A stretch of 64,000 bases of DNA from Candidatus Omnitrophota bacterium (GCA_903861305.1 CAIOTT010000056.1:5918-69917); one strand, 5' to 3'; numbered from the stretch's first letter, positions 1 to 9,608 are shown. The notes: a model not told the origin generated them from the sequence alone. Made by a program: numbers and translations.

Positions 1-611
1 AGTGCCTGCATCAGCAGGATATCGTCGGCGATCATCGCGGGCGTCTGCCCGGGAAGCCCGACCATGACCCCCGAACCGACCTGGAACCCGACCTCCCGCA
101 GCCAGGCCAGACACTGCATGCGCGCCATTCGGGAAGAATCCGGCTTCAGCTCCCGGAACAGCACCTCGGAGGAGGTCTCGAACCGCAGCAGATAACGGTC
201 CGCCCCGGACTCTTTCAGGGCGGCATATTCAGCACGCGTTTTCTCGCCGATGGACAAGGTCACGGCGACACCCAATTCAGACTTGATACGCCGCACAAGC
301 CCCCCTATGTCCGCCACGGAATACTGCGCACTTTCTCCCGATTGCAGGACCACGCTGGGATACCCGATCCCTGCCGCATCACGGACCGCGGTAAAGATCT
401 CCTCAAGGCTCATCGTGTAACGCTTGACCCCGTTATACGACCGGCGCAGGCCGCAATATAAGCAGTCGCGCGCGCAGACATTGGAAAATTCAATAAGGCC
501 GCGCAAATGCACCTCATCACCGACGACAGAGCGGCGCACGCGGTCCGCTTCGGCGAACAATTCCCGCGGATCAGGGCTTTCGAGGTGCCGGATGATCTCG
601 TCGTGTGTCAT
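1..611 (-). CDS. hydE: [FeFe]-hydrogenase maturase HydE, radical SAM (N-terminal ~203 codons; 3' end lies beyond the left window edge)
   Basis: Absent from the ORF track because it runs off the edge. My minus-strand translation from ATG at 611 gives MTHDEIIRHLESPDPRELFAEADRVRRSVVGDEVHLRGLIEFSNVCARDCLYCGLRRSYNG... It carries a CX3CX2C radical-SAM motif in a biotin-synthase/HydE-like context. It has an ATGA start/stop overlap with hydG and is last in the hydF-hydG-hydE string. Confidence 0.75.
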   Translation of the reverse strand, partial: MTHDEIIRHLESPDPRELFAEADRVRRSVVGDEVHLRGLIEFSNVCARDCLYCGLRRSYNGVKRYTMSLEEIFTAVRDAAGIGYPSVVLQSGESAQYSVADIGGLVRRIKSELGVAVTLSIGEKTRAEYAALKESGADRYLLRFETSSEVLFRELKPDSSRMARMQCLAWLREVGFQVGSGVMVGLPGQTPAMIADDILLMQA

Positions 612-2104
612 AAGTACAGGTCCCTCTGGCCTTTCTTGATCCTGGCATGGTAATCCATAAAGACATCGAACGCCTGCGGCTGGCGCGCCTTGATCTCGCC
701 GACCTCACGGTCGATCAACGGCTGGGCCAGGCGGCGGGTATCCTCTCCCGCGAAATCATCGATCCACTCCTGGAAGGTAAGGACGGCGTTAAGCTTGCAG
801 AATTTCCCTTCCGCCCCGCTCCTTAAGAGGTCCATGATACACCGTCCGGTGCGGCCGCAGCGGTAACCGGCGGTACAGAAGGATGTGATATACCCCATCC
901 CGGCCAGGTCACGGATCAGCTCGTCAAGCGTACGTGTGTCGCCGAGGATGAACTGCTGTTTGTCCTCATGCTGGGCCGTCACGCTGTCCGCGTACCCGCC
1001 GATGGCGATGTGGGAGGAGGCATCCATCTGCGTCACGCCCATCATGAGCGCGTCGTTGCGGATCGCGGCCTTCTCGCGCGCGGTGATGATCATGCCCGTA
1101 TACGGCACAGCCAGGCGGATGATCATCATGATCTTGCGAAAATCTTCGTCCCCGACCAGATAAGGCCAGTCGGCGCCGATGATGGAATTGAGCGCGGGCA
1201 CCAGACGGGGAAAAGAGATCGTGTGGGCACCCACCCCCATCTTCTTTTCAAGCGCCTGGGTATGCGCGACCAGCGCCATGAGCTCATAACGCCAGTCATA
1301 CAGCCCGAAAAGAGCTCCAATGCCAACATCATCGATCCCTGCCTCCATGGCACGGTGCATCGCGTACAAACGCCAGTGATAGTTCCCCTTGATGGTATTG
1401 GCGGGGTGCATGCGGGCATAGGTATCCCGGTGGTACGTCTCCTGAAAGACCTGGTACGTGCCCAGGCCGGCGTCATTGATCTTTTTCAGGTCTTCGACGG
1501 AAAAAGGCGGCGCATTCACATTCACGCGGCGAATGGACGCCGTCCCGTGACGCGTCTTGACCTTGACATCGTAAATGGTCTTCATGCTGGCCACGATATA
1601 GTCCACATCGTTGCGGGGGTGTTCGCCGTAAACAACGATCAGGCGCTTGTGCCCGATACGGCCGGCCAGGACCTCGACCTCACGGCGGATCTCCTCTTCG
1701 TTGAGGATCTTGCGGGCCGCGGAAGTATTGTCGTTATTGAACCCGCAATAAGCACAGCGGTTCACGCAATAATTCCCGAGGTAGAACGGGGCAAAGGTCA
1801 CAATGCGGTTGTCATAAACCTTGAGCTTGACCTTGAGCGCCGTGGCACGCATCTCTTCCAGCAACGCCTTGTCATGGACATTGATGAGCAGCGCAACCTC
1901 GTCAAGAGAAAGGTCCTTGATGGCCAGGGACTTGGCCAGGATGTCACGCACCTGCCGGGGATCAGGCTCGGCCACAGAGGCCTTGAGCCGCGCCTCGATC
2001 TGCGCCTCCTCGATGAAATCGCGGCCATGATCCATGTAGCGCGTGATCTGATCTTCCCGGATACGCTGGCCGGCCCAGCCCGGGGATAATGTTGCATGTG
2101 TCAT
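608..2104 (-). CDS. hydG: [FeFe]-hydrogenase maturase HydG (radical SAM tyrosine lyase, ThiH-like)
   Basis: 498 aa. Radical-SAM motif CVNRCAYCGF. The C-terminal auxiliary-cluster region FCTAGYRCGRTG...CKLNA is typical of HydG. Overlaps hydF and hydE by 4 nt each. Confidence 0.9.
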   Translation of the reverse strand: MTHATLSPGWAGQRIREDQITRYMDHGRDFIEEAQIEARLKASVAEPDPRQVRDILAKSLAIKDLSLDEVALLINVHDKALLEEMRATALKVKLKVYDNRIVTFAPFYLGNYCVNRCAYCGFNNDNTSAARKILNEEEIRREVEVLAGRIGHKRLIVVYGEHPRNDVDYIVASMKTIYDVKVKTRHGTASIRRVNVNAPPFSVEDLKKINDAGLGTYQVFQETYHRDTYARMHPANTIKGNYHWRLYAMHRAMEAGIDDVGIGALFGLYDWRYELMALVAHTQALEKKMGVGAHTISFPRLVPALNSIIGADWPYLVGDEDFRKIMMIIRLAVPYTGMIITAREKAAIRNDALMMGVTQMDASSHIAIGGYADSVTAQHEDKQQFILGDTRTLDELIRDLAGMGYITSFCTAGYRCGRTGRCIMDLLRSGAEGKFCKLNAVLTFQEWIDDFAGEDTRRLAQPLIDREVGEIKARQPQAFDVFMDYHARIKKGQRDLYL

Positions 2105-3369
2105 AAGGATCTCCCTTTCAAACCAATTTTCTTCAATTCCCTCTCAAAAGCGTCGAGGGCAGCCGGGAACGGCGATAAGACCCGCTCCAGGACCCCCTGC
2201 ACGCATGAAATACCCAGGCCGTAATTCGTGATCGGCACACCTTTTTCCTTTGCCTGGTGCACGCGCCACAGCATCTCACCGCGCGTCAGCATGCAGGAAC
2301 CGCAGTGGATGACAAGCTGATAGCCCTGCAGGTCCGGCGGATAATCACGCCCCGCGGCATGGTCAATGACAAGGTCTCCCCCGACATACTGGCGCAGCCA
2401 GCGCGGGATCTTGACCGTGCCGATATCATCCTCGGCCGCGTGATGAGAACAGCTTTCGGCGATAAGGACCCTGTCATTGGGCTTTAACGCCTTGATATGG
2501 GCCGCCCCTGCGGCCAACTCCTGAAGGTCTCCCTTGAACCTGGCGAACAGGATCGAGAACGTCGTGCACTTGACCCCCGCCGGGGTCTGGGCCACCGTCT
2601 TCATGACGACCTGCGAATCGCACACGACCAGCTCCGGCGGCTGCCTCAGGTTGCGCAGGACAGCCTCGTATTCCCGTTCCTTGACGACCACAACGATCGC
2701 GTCGTTGTCCAGCGCGTCGCGGATGGCCTGCACCTGCGGCAGGATAAGCCTCCCCCGCGGCGCCTGCAGATCGATCGGGACCACAAGCACCACCGTCCCT
2801 CCGGCGGGAAGAAGGTCGCCGATCAAGAGCGGCGGCTTGAGAAAATCCGCAGGGCACAGCGTGGTCAAGTGGCGCTTTAATCCGTGCAGGGCCTGTTCTC
2901 GCCCATGGCTGTCAGTGCTGGCGCAAAAAATGACCTTGTCCGAGACCCCGCCAAGCCGCTTGAGAAAGGCCTCACCCGGAGGGTCAAGATCGACCTTGTT
3001 AACAACGATCAGGAAAGGCTTCCCCTTTTCCTTCAGGATGCTGACAAAATCATCTTCGCTCGCGCCCCAAACGCCGGGCTCAACCACCAGGACAGCGATA
3101 TCCGAACGGTCCAGCGCGCGGCCCGTACGCTCCAGGCGCTTGGCGCCTAGGGCCGAACTGTCATCCAGCCCCGCCGTGTCAAGGAAGGTCACCGGCCCCA
3201 GGGGCAAAAGTTCCATGGCCTTCTCGACAACATCGGTGGTCGTTCCAGCCACGGCAGATGTTATCGCGACGTCCTGGCCCGCAAGCATGTTAAGAAAGCT
3301 TGATTTCCCGACATTGGTCCGGCCGAACAGCCCGATCTGAAGCCTCAATGATCTCGGTGTCTTATCCAT
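2101..3369 (-). CDS. hydF: [FeFe]-hydrogenase maturation GTPase/scaffold HydF
   Basis: P-loop GRTNVGKSS directly after MDKTPRSLRLQIGLF. C-terminal cluster ligands are CSHH...HCGSC. I trimmed the track ORF (to 3606) to the ATG at 3369, which overlaps the stop of the upstream aspartase-like gene. Confidence 0.9.
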   Translation of the reverse strand: MDKTPRSLRLQIGLFGRTNVGKSSFLNMLAGQDVAITSAVAGTTTDVVEKAMELLPLGPVTFLDTAGLDDSSALGAKRLERTGRALDRSDIAVLVVEPGVWGASEDDFVSILKEKGKPFLIVVNKVDLDPPGEAFLKRLGGVSDKVIFCASTDSHGREQALHGLKRHLTTLCPADFLKPPLLIGDLLPAGGTVVLVVPIDLQAPRGRLILPQVQAIRDALDNDAIVVVVKEREYEAVLRNLRQPPELVVCDSQVVMKTVAQTPAGVKCTTFSILFARFKGDLQELAAGAAHIKALKPNDRVLIAESCSHHAAEDDIGTVKIPRWLRQYVGGDLVIDHAAGRDYPPDLQGYQLVIHCGSCMLTRGEMLWRVHQAKEKGVPITNYGLGISCVQGVLERVLSPFPAALDAFERELKKIGLKGRSL

Positions 3370-4738
3370 GCGCCTCCCTGTGCCCGAGCCCGACAAGATT
3401 ATGTGAGGAAAGGACACGATCCACCATGTCCTTGCCCAGAGCCTCTTCCAGAAAAGCACGCAAGTTCTCCTGGCCAGAGGCTTCGAACTGCTTGAGCAGT
3501 TCATTGCAGCGGTCATACCCCACCATGGCGACAAATGCCGTGATAATGGTGCGGCTCTTGTCAACATAGTAACGGCAGCGCGCCTCATCGGCTTTGATCC
3601 CGTCAATATGCCGGGTCAACACCGCGTTGATCCTGTTGAGCAACAGCAGCGACCCCAGCAGCGCGTCCGCCAGAAGCGGCATGAACTCGACGATCTGCCC
3701 CGTGGCGCGCGAGGCCGCCTCGGTCACCAGCGCGTCATTGGCGATCACCTTCATCGCGGCCTGCGACGCGGCCTCCAGGATGACAGGGTTCACCTTGCCC
3801 GGCATGATCGACGATCCCGCCTGCACCGACGGCAGTTTGATCTCCCCCAGCAAATTCATCAGCCTGAGCTCATTGGACATCTTGAGGATATTGACCATGT
3901 GGGCTTTCAGGATCCCCGACACCTCGACGAACGTGTCCGCGTTCGCGGTCTCGCCCACAAGATTCTCCGACCTGGACACACCCAGGCCCGTCACCTCCCG
4001 CAATTTCTCAATGACAAGAAAAATATAGTCACGGGGGGCACCGATGCCCGTCCCCACCGCGGTCCCGCCGATATTCACGACCCTCAGGCGCTCCTCACAC
4101 TTGAACGTGCGCCAGCGGTCGCGCGCCACAGCCTCTGCCCAGCCCGAGAACTCGGACCCCAGTGTGATCGGCACGGCATCCTGCATCTCCGTCCGGCCCA
4201 GCTTGATGATATCGGCGAATTCCTTCTCCTTGCGCTGCAGAGCTCCCTGCAAAAGAGCGATCGCATCGCTCAGGCGCTTCAATTCCAGGATCGCGGCGAT
4301 CTTCACCGCCGTCGGGTATACATCATTGGTAGACTGGTGCAAATTGACGTCCTCCAGAGGATGCAGGCAGGCATAGTCGCCCCTGGCTTTGCCCATGATC
4401 TCCAGGCCGCGGTTAGCAAGGACTTCGTTGACGTTCATATGGCTCGAGGTTCCCGCCCCGCCCTGAAGCGCGTCAAGCGGGAACTGATCGGCCAGGCTTC
4501 CCGCCATGATCTCATCACAGGCCGTGATGATCGCGGTCGCTTTTTCCGCCGGCAAATACCCCAGGTCCCGGTTCGCTCCCGCCGCGGCGCGCTTGACCAT
4601 GGCCATGGCCCTGATCAGCTCCAACGGCACGCGGCCGCTGGCAAATGGAAAATTCTCCAGCGCCCTCTGGGTATGTATGCCCCAGTACGCCGTGGCCGGG
4701 ACCTCTTTCTCTCCCAGCATGTCATGTTCGATCCGCAT
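3362..4738 (-). CDS. Aspartate ammonia-lyase family protein (class II fumarase/aspartase superfamily) embedded in the hyd maturation operon
   Basis: 458 aa. Contains MRIEHDMLGEKEVPATAYWGIHTQRALENF, QGGAGTSSHMNVNEVLANRGLE and the signature GSSIMPGKVNP. The QGGAGTS form resembles aspartases rather than fumarases. Confidence 0.85.
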   Translation of the reverse strand: MRIEHDMLGEKEVPATAYWGIHTQRALENFPFASGRVPLELIRAMAMVKRAAAGANRDLGYLPAEKATAIITACDEIMAGSLADQFPLDALQGGAGTSSHMNVNEVLANRGLEIMGKARGDYACLHPLEDVNLHQSTNDVYPTAVKIAAILELKRLSDAIALLQGALQRKEKEFADIIKLGRTEMQDAVPITLGSEFSGWAEAVARDRWRTFKCEERLRVVNIGGTAVGTGIGAPRDYIFLVIEKLREVTGLGVSRSENLVGETANADTFVEVSGILKAHMVNILKMSNELRLMNLLGEIKLPSVQAGSSIMPGKVNPVILEAASQAAMKVIANDALVTEAASRATGQIVEFMPLLADALLGSLLLLNRINAVLTRHIDGIKADEARCRYYVDKSRTIITAFVAMVGYDRCNELLKQFEASGQENLRAFLEEALGKDMVDRVLSSHNLVGLGHREAHG

Positions 4739-4753
4739 ATCCCTCTCCTCCGC

Positions 4754-5002
4754 TTATGCCTTAGCCATGGCCGAACGCACCGTCACACCCTCAATGGCCC
4801 CGAGCTTGCCCGTCAAGGCCCCGATCTCGTCGGATGTCATGTCGACCGTGAGGGTGATAACGCTGCATTTGCGCTCCCGGTACGGCAGGCCGACCCGGGC
4901 CACAATGTCCTCGCCGTACGCGGAAAGGATATTGTTGACCTTCGGCGCCGCCGTCAGCCGGTCCTCGATGATGATCCCCACAAAGCCTAATCGTTTAGTC
5001 AT
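4754..5002 (-). CDS. Small ACT/NikR-C-like protein of the TM1266 type (putative Fe-only hydrogenase system regulator)
   Basis: 83 aa from MTKRLGFVGIIIEDRLTAAPKVNNILSAYGEDIVARVGLPYRERKCSVITLTVDMTSDEIGALTGKLGAIEGV. Strong RBS AAGGAGAAAGGT before the ATG at 5002. The longer track ORF (to 5074) would run through a terminator hairpin. Family assignment is from memory of the T. maritima TM1266 neighbourhood. Confidence 0.6.
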   Translation of the reverse strand: MTKRLGFVGIIIEDRLTAAPKVNNILSAYGEDIVARVGLPYRERKCSVITLTVDMTSDEIGALTGKLGAIEGVTVRSAMAKA

Positions 5003-5016
5003 ACCTTTCTCCTTTG

Positions 5017-5063
5017 TCTTACAAGAAAACAGCCCCGGGCCTGTACTAACAGGACCGGGGCTG
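5017..5063 (-). terminator. Rho-independent terminator or attenuator between hydA and the maturation genes
   Basis: 13-15 bp GC-rich stem (cagccccgggcct / aggaccggggctg, one mismatch). On the minus strand it is followed by TTTTCTTGT. It lies 80 nt downstream of the hydA stop and 15 nt upstream of the RBS of the next gene. Confidence 0.55.
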
Positions 5064-5144
5064 GAAGATCTCAACCGGTCCCTTGCTTCAGGCCCTTGAA
5101 CGAACAGGCCCTGGCTACAGGTATATGTCGACGCGGATCAGGCC

Positions 5145-6905
5145 TTACTTGGTGTACAGCGGCCGTGACCTGTACTTCGTGTGCAGAAGCTCGTGCGACT
5201 TGTGCGACAGCGGCTTTTCCAGGAAATCCCTGTAAAGCTGCTGGACATAAAAATTCTCGTGCGAACAACGGTGCTTGAGCCCCGCATCCTCATCATACAA
5301 CCCTTTGGCCCGCTGGCGGCGAATTTCATCATTGACCATGTACGGCTGGCCGCCGCCGCCCACACACCCGCCGGGACATGCCATGACCTCGATAAAATGG
5401 TAGGGCAAAGGCTCGTTCTTCTGGCGCGCATCCCGGACCTTGTTCATGATGGCCCCGACATTCCTCAAGCCATGCGCGACCGCGATCCTGACTTCCGCCC
5501 CCTTGATATTGACCACAGTCTCCTTGATCCCCTGCAGGCCGCGGACCGCGTTAAAATTCACGTTCTTCAATTCCTCACCCGTGATCGCGGCATAGGCGGT
5601 CCGCAACGCGGCCTCCATGACGCCCCCGGTAGCCCCGAAGATCGTCCCGGCGCCGGCGTAATCCCCCAGCAATAGATCAGCACTCTCATCCGGCAGCTGG
5701 CGGAAATCTATGCCCGCCTGGCGGATCATGCGGATGAGCTCCCGGGTCGTCAGTGACACGTCAACATCCTGGTACCCCGAAGCCGACATGTCGGCCGCGC
5801 GGCTGATCTCGTATTTCTTCGCCGTGCAGGGCATGATCGAGATGACCTTGATCTTCGCGGGGTCAATGTTCTTTTTCTGCGCGTAATAGGTCTTCGACAA
5901 GGCGCCGACCATCTCGTGCGGGCTTTTGGCCGATGAGAACAGGTCGATCATGTCGCCGTAATATTTTTCCAGGTAATCCACCCACGCCGGGCAGCAGCTG
6001 GTAATGAGCGGCAAAGGCCCCTTTTTGTTGACAAAGCGCTCGACGAACTCGTGGCCTTCTTCCATGATGGTCAGGTCGGCCCCGAAATTCGTGTCAAAGA
6101 CCGCCTTGAACCCCAGGCGCCGCAACAGCGCGTAAAGCTTCTTGGTCAGGTTCGTCCCTACCGGGTAACCGAACCCTTCACCCACGGCCACGCGTACCGC
6201 CGGGGCGATCTGCACCACGCAATATTTGTCCGGGTCCTGCAGCAGCGACCATACTTTTTGCGTCTCATCATTCTCGCAGATGGCCCCTGTCGGGCAATGC
6301 GCGGAACACTGGCCGCAGCGGACGCACGGGGATTCCGCAAGTTTGATGTCGCCCGCCGGAGCGATGCGCGTCTTGAATCCCCTGTCGATGAAAGAAAGCG
6401 CCCAGACATCCTGGCCGTTCTGGCAGACATCGATGCAGCGGTTGCAATGGATGCACTTGCGCGGGTCAAGGATGATCGTACCCGTGGAATTGTCTATGGG
6501 AAGTTCCGGGAGCATCCGGTCAAAGCGATCGTCCCGCATGCCGAACTCGGCGCATATCTTCTGCAGTTCGCAATTATTGTTACGGCCGCACACCAGGCAA
6601 TCCGTGGGATGGTTCGACATGATCAGTTCCAGGACCGTGCGGCGCGTCTGCACGATCTCGGGGTCATGGGTGATGATATCCATCCCCGCTTCCAGGGGCG
6701 TGCAGCAGGCCCGCAGCATCTTGCGGTTACCCTTCACACGGACAATGCAAATACCGCAGCCGGCCGAAGGCACAAGGTCAGGATGCTTGCAAAGGGTCGG
6801 TATCTTGACCTGCGCTTTCTGGGCTGCTTCGAGAATGGTGGCGCCGGCATCGGCCTCGATCGCGATCCCGTTGATGACGGCTTTGATCTTTATCGTAGTA
6901 GGCAT
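5145..6905 (-). CDS. hydA: [FeFe] hydrogenase catalytic subunit HydA (multi-cluster, bifurcating HydABC type)
   Basis: 586 aa. N-terminal 2Fe-2S and 4Fe-4S domains. H-cluster motifs TSCCPAW, MPCTAKK and EVMACPGGCVGGGGQP. Confidence 0.92.
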   Translation of the reverse strand: MPTTIKIKAVINGIAIEADAGATILEAAQKAQVKIPTLCKHPDLVPSAGCGICIVRVKGNRKMLRACCTPLEAGMDIITHDPEIVQTRRTVLELIMSNHPTDCLVCGRNNNCELQKICAEFGMRDDRFDRMLPELPIDNSTGTIILDPRKCIHCNRCIDVCQNGQDVWALSFIDRGFKTRIAPAGDIKLAESPCVRCGQCSAHCPTGAICENDETQKVWSLLQDPDKYCVVQIAPAVRVAVGEGFGYPVGTNLTKKLYALLRRLGFKAVFDTNFGADLTIMEEGHEFVERFVNKKGPLPLITSCCPAWVDYLEKYYGDMIDLFSSAKSPHEMVGALSKTYYAQKKNIDPAKIKVISIMPCTAKKYEISRAADMSASGYQDVDVSLTTRELIRMIRQAGIDFRQLPDESADLLLGDYAGAGTIFGATGGVMEAALRTAYAAITGEELKNVNFNAVRGLQGIKETVVNIKGAEVRIAVAHGLRNVGAIMNKVRDARQKNEPLPYHFIEVMACPGGCVGGGGQPYMVNDEIRRQRAKGLYDEDAGLKHRCSHENFYVQQLYRDFLEKPLSHKSHELLHTKYRSRPLYTK

Positions 6906-6929
6906 ACACTAACTCCTTGCGACATTCCG

Positions 6930-8663
6930 TTATTGGCGCAGGACCGCGCCGAATTTGCACACTTCATAACAATTACCGCAGCCGATGCACTTGGCCATAT
7001 CAATGGTGTATTTCGTCTGGCGGTCGCCTGAGATGGCGTTGACCGGACAATTGCGGGCGCACAAGCCGCATCCCGTACAGCGCTCCTTGTTGATGCTGTA
7101 CTGCACAAGGCTGGCGCATTTACCCGCCGGGCATTTCTTGTTGATAACATGCTTTTCGTATTCCATCCCGAAATATTTCATGGTCGAAAGGACAGGGTTG
7201 GCCGCCGTCTGCCCCAGGCCGCACAAAGACGCCCGCTGCATCGCCTCGGCGATCTCGCTGAGCTTTTCCAGGTCATCCAGCTCACCCTTGCCCTGCGTGA
7301 TCTTCTTGAGGATCTCGAGCATCTGCACGCCGCCGATACGGCACGGGGCACATTTGCCGCACGACTCATCAACGCAAAAACCGAGATAAAATTTTGAAAT
7401 ATCCACCATGCAGTCGTTTTCGTCCATGACGATCATGCCGCCGGAACCCATGATGGACCCCAGCTTCTGGAGGCTTTCATAGCCCACAGGGGTGTCAAAG
7501 AACTCCTGGGGGATCATGCCGCCGGAGGGGCCGCCCGTCTGGATCGCCTTGATCGCGCGATTCTCAAAGACACCGCCACCGATATCAAAAACGATCTCGC
7601 GCAGCGTCGTCCCCATCGGGACTTCCACAAGGCCTGAATTCTTGACCTTGCCTGTGAGCGCGAACACCTTGGTCCCCGTAGACCCTTCGATGCCGATCTT
7701 GCCGAAAGCTTCCCCGCCCTTGAAAAGGATATAGGAGACATTGGCCAGCGTTTCAACGTTATTGATGACCGTTGGCTTGTCCCAGAGGCCCTTGACCGAC
7801 GGGAACGGCGGACGCGGGCGCGGATAACCGCGCAGGCCCTCGACCGACGCGATGAGCGCGGTCTCTTCACCGCACACAAAAGCCCCGGCGCCAAGCCGGA
7901 TCTCGACATCAAAATCAAAGCCTGAACCAAAAATGTCCTTGCCCAGAAGGCCCTTGGCATAGCACACATCAATAGCTTTCTGGATGCGCGCCACGGCCAG
8001 CGGGTATTCCGCGCGGATATAAAAAATACCGTTCCTGGCCCCGACCGCGAACCCGCCGATCACCATGCCTTCGATGACAGCGTGGGGATCACCTTCCAGG
8101 ACGGAACGGTCCATATAAGCGCCCGGATCGCCCTCGTCGCCGTTGCAGATGATGTATTTCGCTTCCCCCTTGACCGCCCGGGTCAGGTTCCATTTGAGCC
8201 ATGTCGGGAAACCAGCGCCGCCGCGGCCGCGCAGCCCCGACTTTTTCATCTCCTCGATGACCTTCTCCGGCCCCATGGCCAGGGCATTCGCCAGGCCCTG
8301 ATAACCGTCATGCGCGATATAATCCTCGATGCTCTCGGGATCAAGGATGCCGCAATGCCGCAGGACGATGCGCATCTGCTTGTTAGGGCGCTCGTACGCC
8401 AGGGCATCGACCTTGGCGCCGTTCACGACCGTCTTGGCTACAATGTCAGCGATATGGGTGCTCTGGACATTGATATAAATAAAACCCTCGGGGAGCACCT
8501 TGACGACCATGCCTTTGTTGTGCACGCCGATATCCGACACCAGGACCACCTGCGCCTTGTCAGCCAGGCCGTTGTCGCGCAAATGGCTGTTGAAGGACAC
8601 ATAAAGGTCTCGCAATTCCTTCTTCAACGTGCCGCTGGTGTCTTGCATGAGGATCTGTTTCAT
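6930..8663 (-). CDS. hydB: NADH-binding flavoprotein subunit HydB (NuoF-like) of the [FeFe] hydrogenase
   Basis: GRGGAGFPTWLKW (FMN/NADH site). NuoF 4Fe-4S region ESCGKCAPCR. Two C-terminal ferredoxin motifs, CTGCGLCARNCP and CIGCGNCYEVC. Start trimmed to the MKQILMQ ATG behind an AAGGA RBS; 8669 is an alternative. Confidence 0.88.
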   Translation of the reverse strand: MKQILMQDTSGTLKKELRDLYVSFNSHLRDNGLADKAQVVLVSDIGVHNKGMVVKVLPEGFIYINVQSTHIADIVAKTVVNGAKVDALAYERPNKQMRIVLRHCGILDPESIEDYIAHDGYQGLANALAMGPEKVIEEMKKSGLRGRGGAGFPTWLKWNLTRAVKGEAKYIICNGDEGDPGAYMDRSVLEGDPHAVIEGMVIGGFAVGARNGIFYIRAEYPLAVARIQKAIDVCYAKGLLGKDIFGSGFDFDVEIRLGAGAFVCGEETALIASVEGLRGYPRPRPPFPSVKGLWDKPTVINNVETLANVSYILFKGGEAFGKIGIEGSTGTKVFALTGKVKNSGLVEVPMGTTLREIVFDIGGGVFENRAIKAIQTGGPSGGMIPQEFFDTPVGYESLQKLGSIMGSGGMIVMDENDCMVDISKFYLGFCVDESCGKCAPCRIGGVQMLEILKKITQGKGELDDLEKLSEIAEAMQRASLCGLGQTAANPVLSTMKYFGMEYEKHVINKKCPAGKCASLVQYSINKERCTGCGLCARNCPVNAISGDRQTKYTIDMAKCIGCGNCYEVCKFGAVLRQ

Positions 8664-8712
8664 ATTCATTCCTTTGTTACCGAGGCGGATCCGGCTGGTG
8701 CGGGATCCGGGA

Positions 8713-9054
8713 TTAAATTTCGTAAATGTGGTTCTCCACGAGTTTCTTCTGGCAAACATGCTCATCCATGATGCGATGGGCCACCTCTTTGTTCACCTTG
8801 CCGTAGAACACCCGCGGCGCGCCTTCGATATTGACCTCGACCAGCGGCTCGGCCGAACAAAGCCCGACGCAGCCGCACTTCTTGACGAGCAGGTCCATGT
8901 TGCGGGCCTTCGCCTCTTCGGTTAGGACGTCAAAGACCTCTTTGGCGCCCGCCGCCACCCCGCAGGTGCTGTAACCGACGCGGATCCAGTTCTTCGGCTC
9001 CTTCGCCTGCGTTTCAGCCTTCAATTTATTCAAGTCATCCCTGGTCATGGCCAT
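8713..9054 (-). CDS. Small thioredoxin-like [2Fe-2S] ferredoxin subunit (HydD-like fourth subunit)
   Basis: 113 aa. Cys pattern STCGVAAG...KKCGCVGLCSAEP. Sits between the NuoE-like and NuoF-like genes, as in four-subunit Fe-only hydrogenases. Confidence 0.7.
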   Translation of the reverse strand: MAMTRDDLNKLKAETQAKEPKNWIRVGYSTCGVAAGAKEVFDVLTEEAKARNMDLLVKKCGCVGLCSAEPLVEVNIEGAPRVFYGKVNKEVAHRIMDEHVCQKKLVENHIYEI

Positions 9055-9072
9055 AACGGCATTCTCCTGGAT

Positions 9073-9546
9073 TTAAATGGTCTTGGAATGTTCGGCGATG
9101 ATGCCCATCACGTCGCTTTTCTTGACGGCGCTGTAAACCTTCTGGTCCACCGTGATGACCGGGGCCAGGCCGCAGCAGCCCAGGCAGCGGACGATCTGCA
9201 AATGGAACAACCCGTCCTTGGTCGTCTCCCCCTCGTTCACATGCAGGATATCGCGGATCTCCTCGATCAGCGCAGGCGCGCCCTTCAGATAACAGGCCGT
9301 CCCCAGGCACACCGCAACATTGAACTTTCCGGGTGCTTTCAGTTTAAAATAGTTGTAGAACGTCAGCACTTCATAGATCCGCGCCAGAGGCATGCCGCTC
9401 TGACGGGAAACTTCCAGCGCCGCCGCGCGGGGGACATAGCCGTAACGGTCCTGGATATCATGCAGGACCATGATGAGGTTGCCTTCTTTGCCCTTCCAGC
9501 GGTCGACGACGGTCTTGACGTCATCCTGCAGGTTCTCAACAACCAT
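9073..9546 (-). CDS. hydC: NuoE-like [2Fe-2S] subunit HydC of the [FeFe] hydrogenase
   Basis: 158 aa from MVVENLQDDV. Contains CLGTACYLKG...CLGCCGLAPV (NuoE 2Fe-2S ligands). RBS AAGGAG is 6 nt upstream of the ATG at 9546. The upstream extension in the track is discarded. Confidence 0.85.
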   Translation of the reverse strand: MVVENLQDDVKTVVDRWKGKEGNLIMVLHDIQDRYGYVPRAAALEVSRQSGMPLARIYEVLTFYNYFKLKAPGKFNVAVCLGTACYLKGAPALIEEIRDILHVNEGETTKDGLFHLQIVRCLGCCGLAPVITVDQKVYSAVKKSDVMGIIAEHSKTI

Positions 9547-9579
9547 AAAGAGCTCCTTGTTGGGTTGGAATATCCATCG

Positions 9580-9608
9580 ATTATAGGGAGGTCCTGCACA
9601 TCCTGCAA
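9580..9608 (-). promoter_or_regulatory. Putative sigma70-type promoter of the hydC-hydA operon
   Basis: The minus strand reads TTGCAG-N17-TATAAT (plus-strand ctgcaa at 9603-9608, attata at 9580-9585). It lies about 35 nt upstream of the hydC RBS. Confidence 0.45.

Noticed and set aside
968-2089. 373 aa plus-strand ORF, and similar long ORFs at 3608-4990, 6051-7031, 38906-40033, 47196-48095, 57022-58005, 58694-59908 and 29855-30856.
   Set aside because: All lie antisense to genes with strong family signatures (hydG, aspartase, hydA, Ehr subunits, SulP, FprA, DEAD-box helicase, P3). Their translations are Arg/Pro/Gly/His-rich low-complexity strings typical of shadow ORFs in GC-rich DNA.
3370-3606. 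Upstream extensions of track ORFs: hydF to 3606, hydB to 8765, hydC to 9642, TM1266-like to 5074, P4 to 37412, P5 to 55699, P1 from 11027, Ehr large subunit to 40897.
   Set aside because: In each case an internal ATG with an RBS or a start/stop junction gives the canonical N-terminus (P-loop, signal peptide and so on). The extension overlaps the upstream gene or a terminator.
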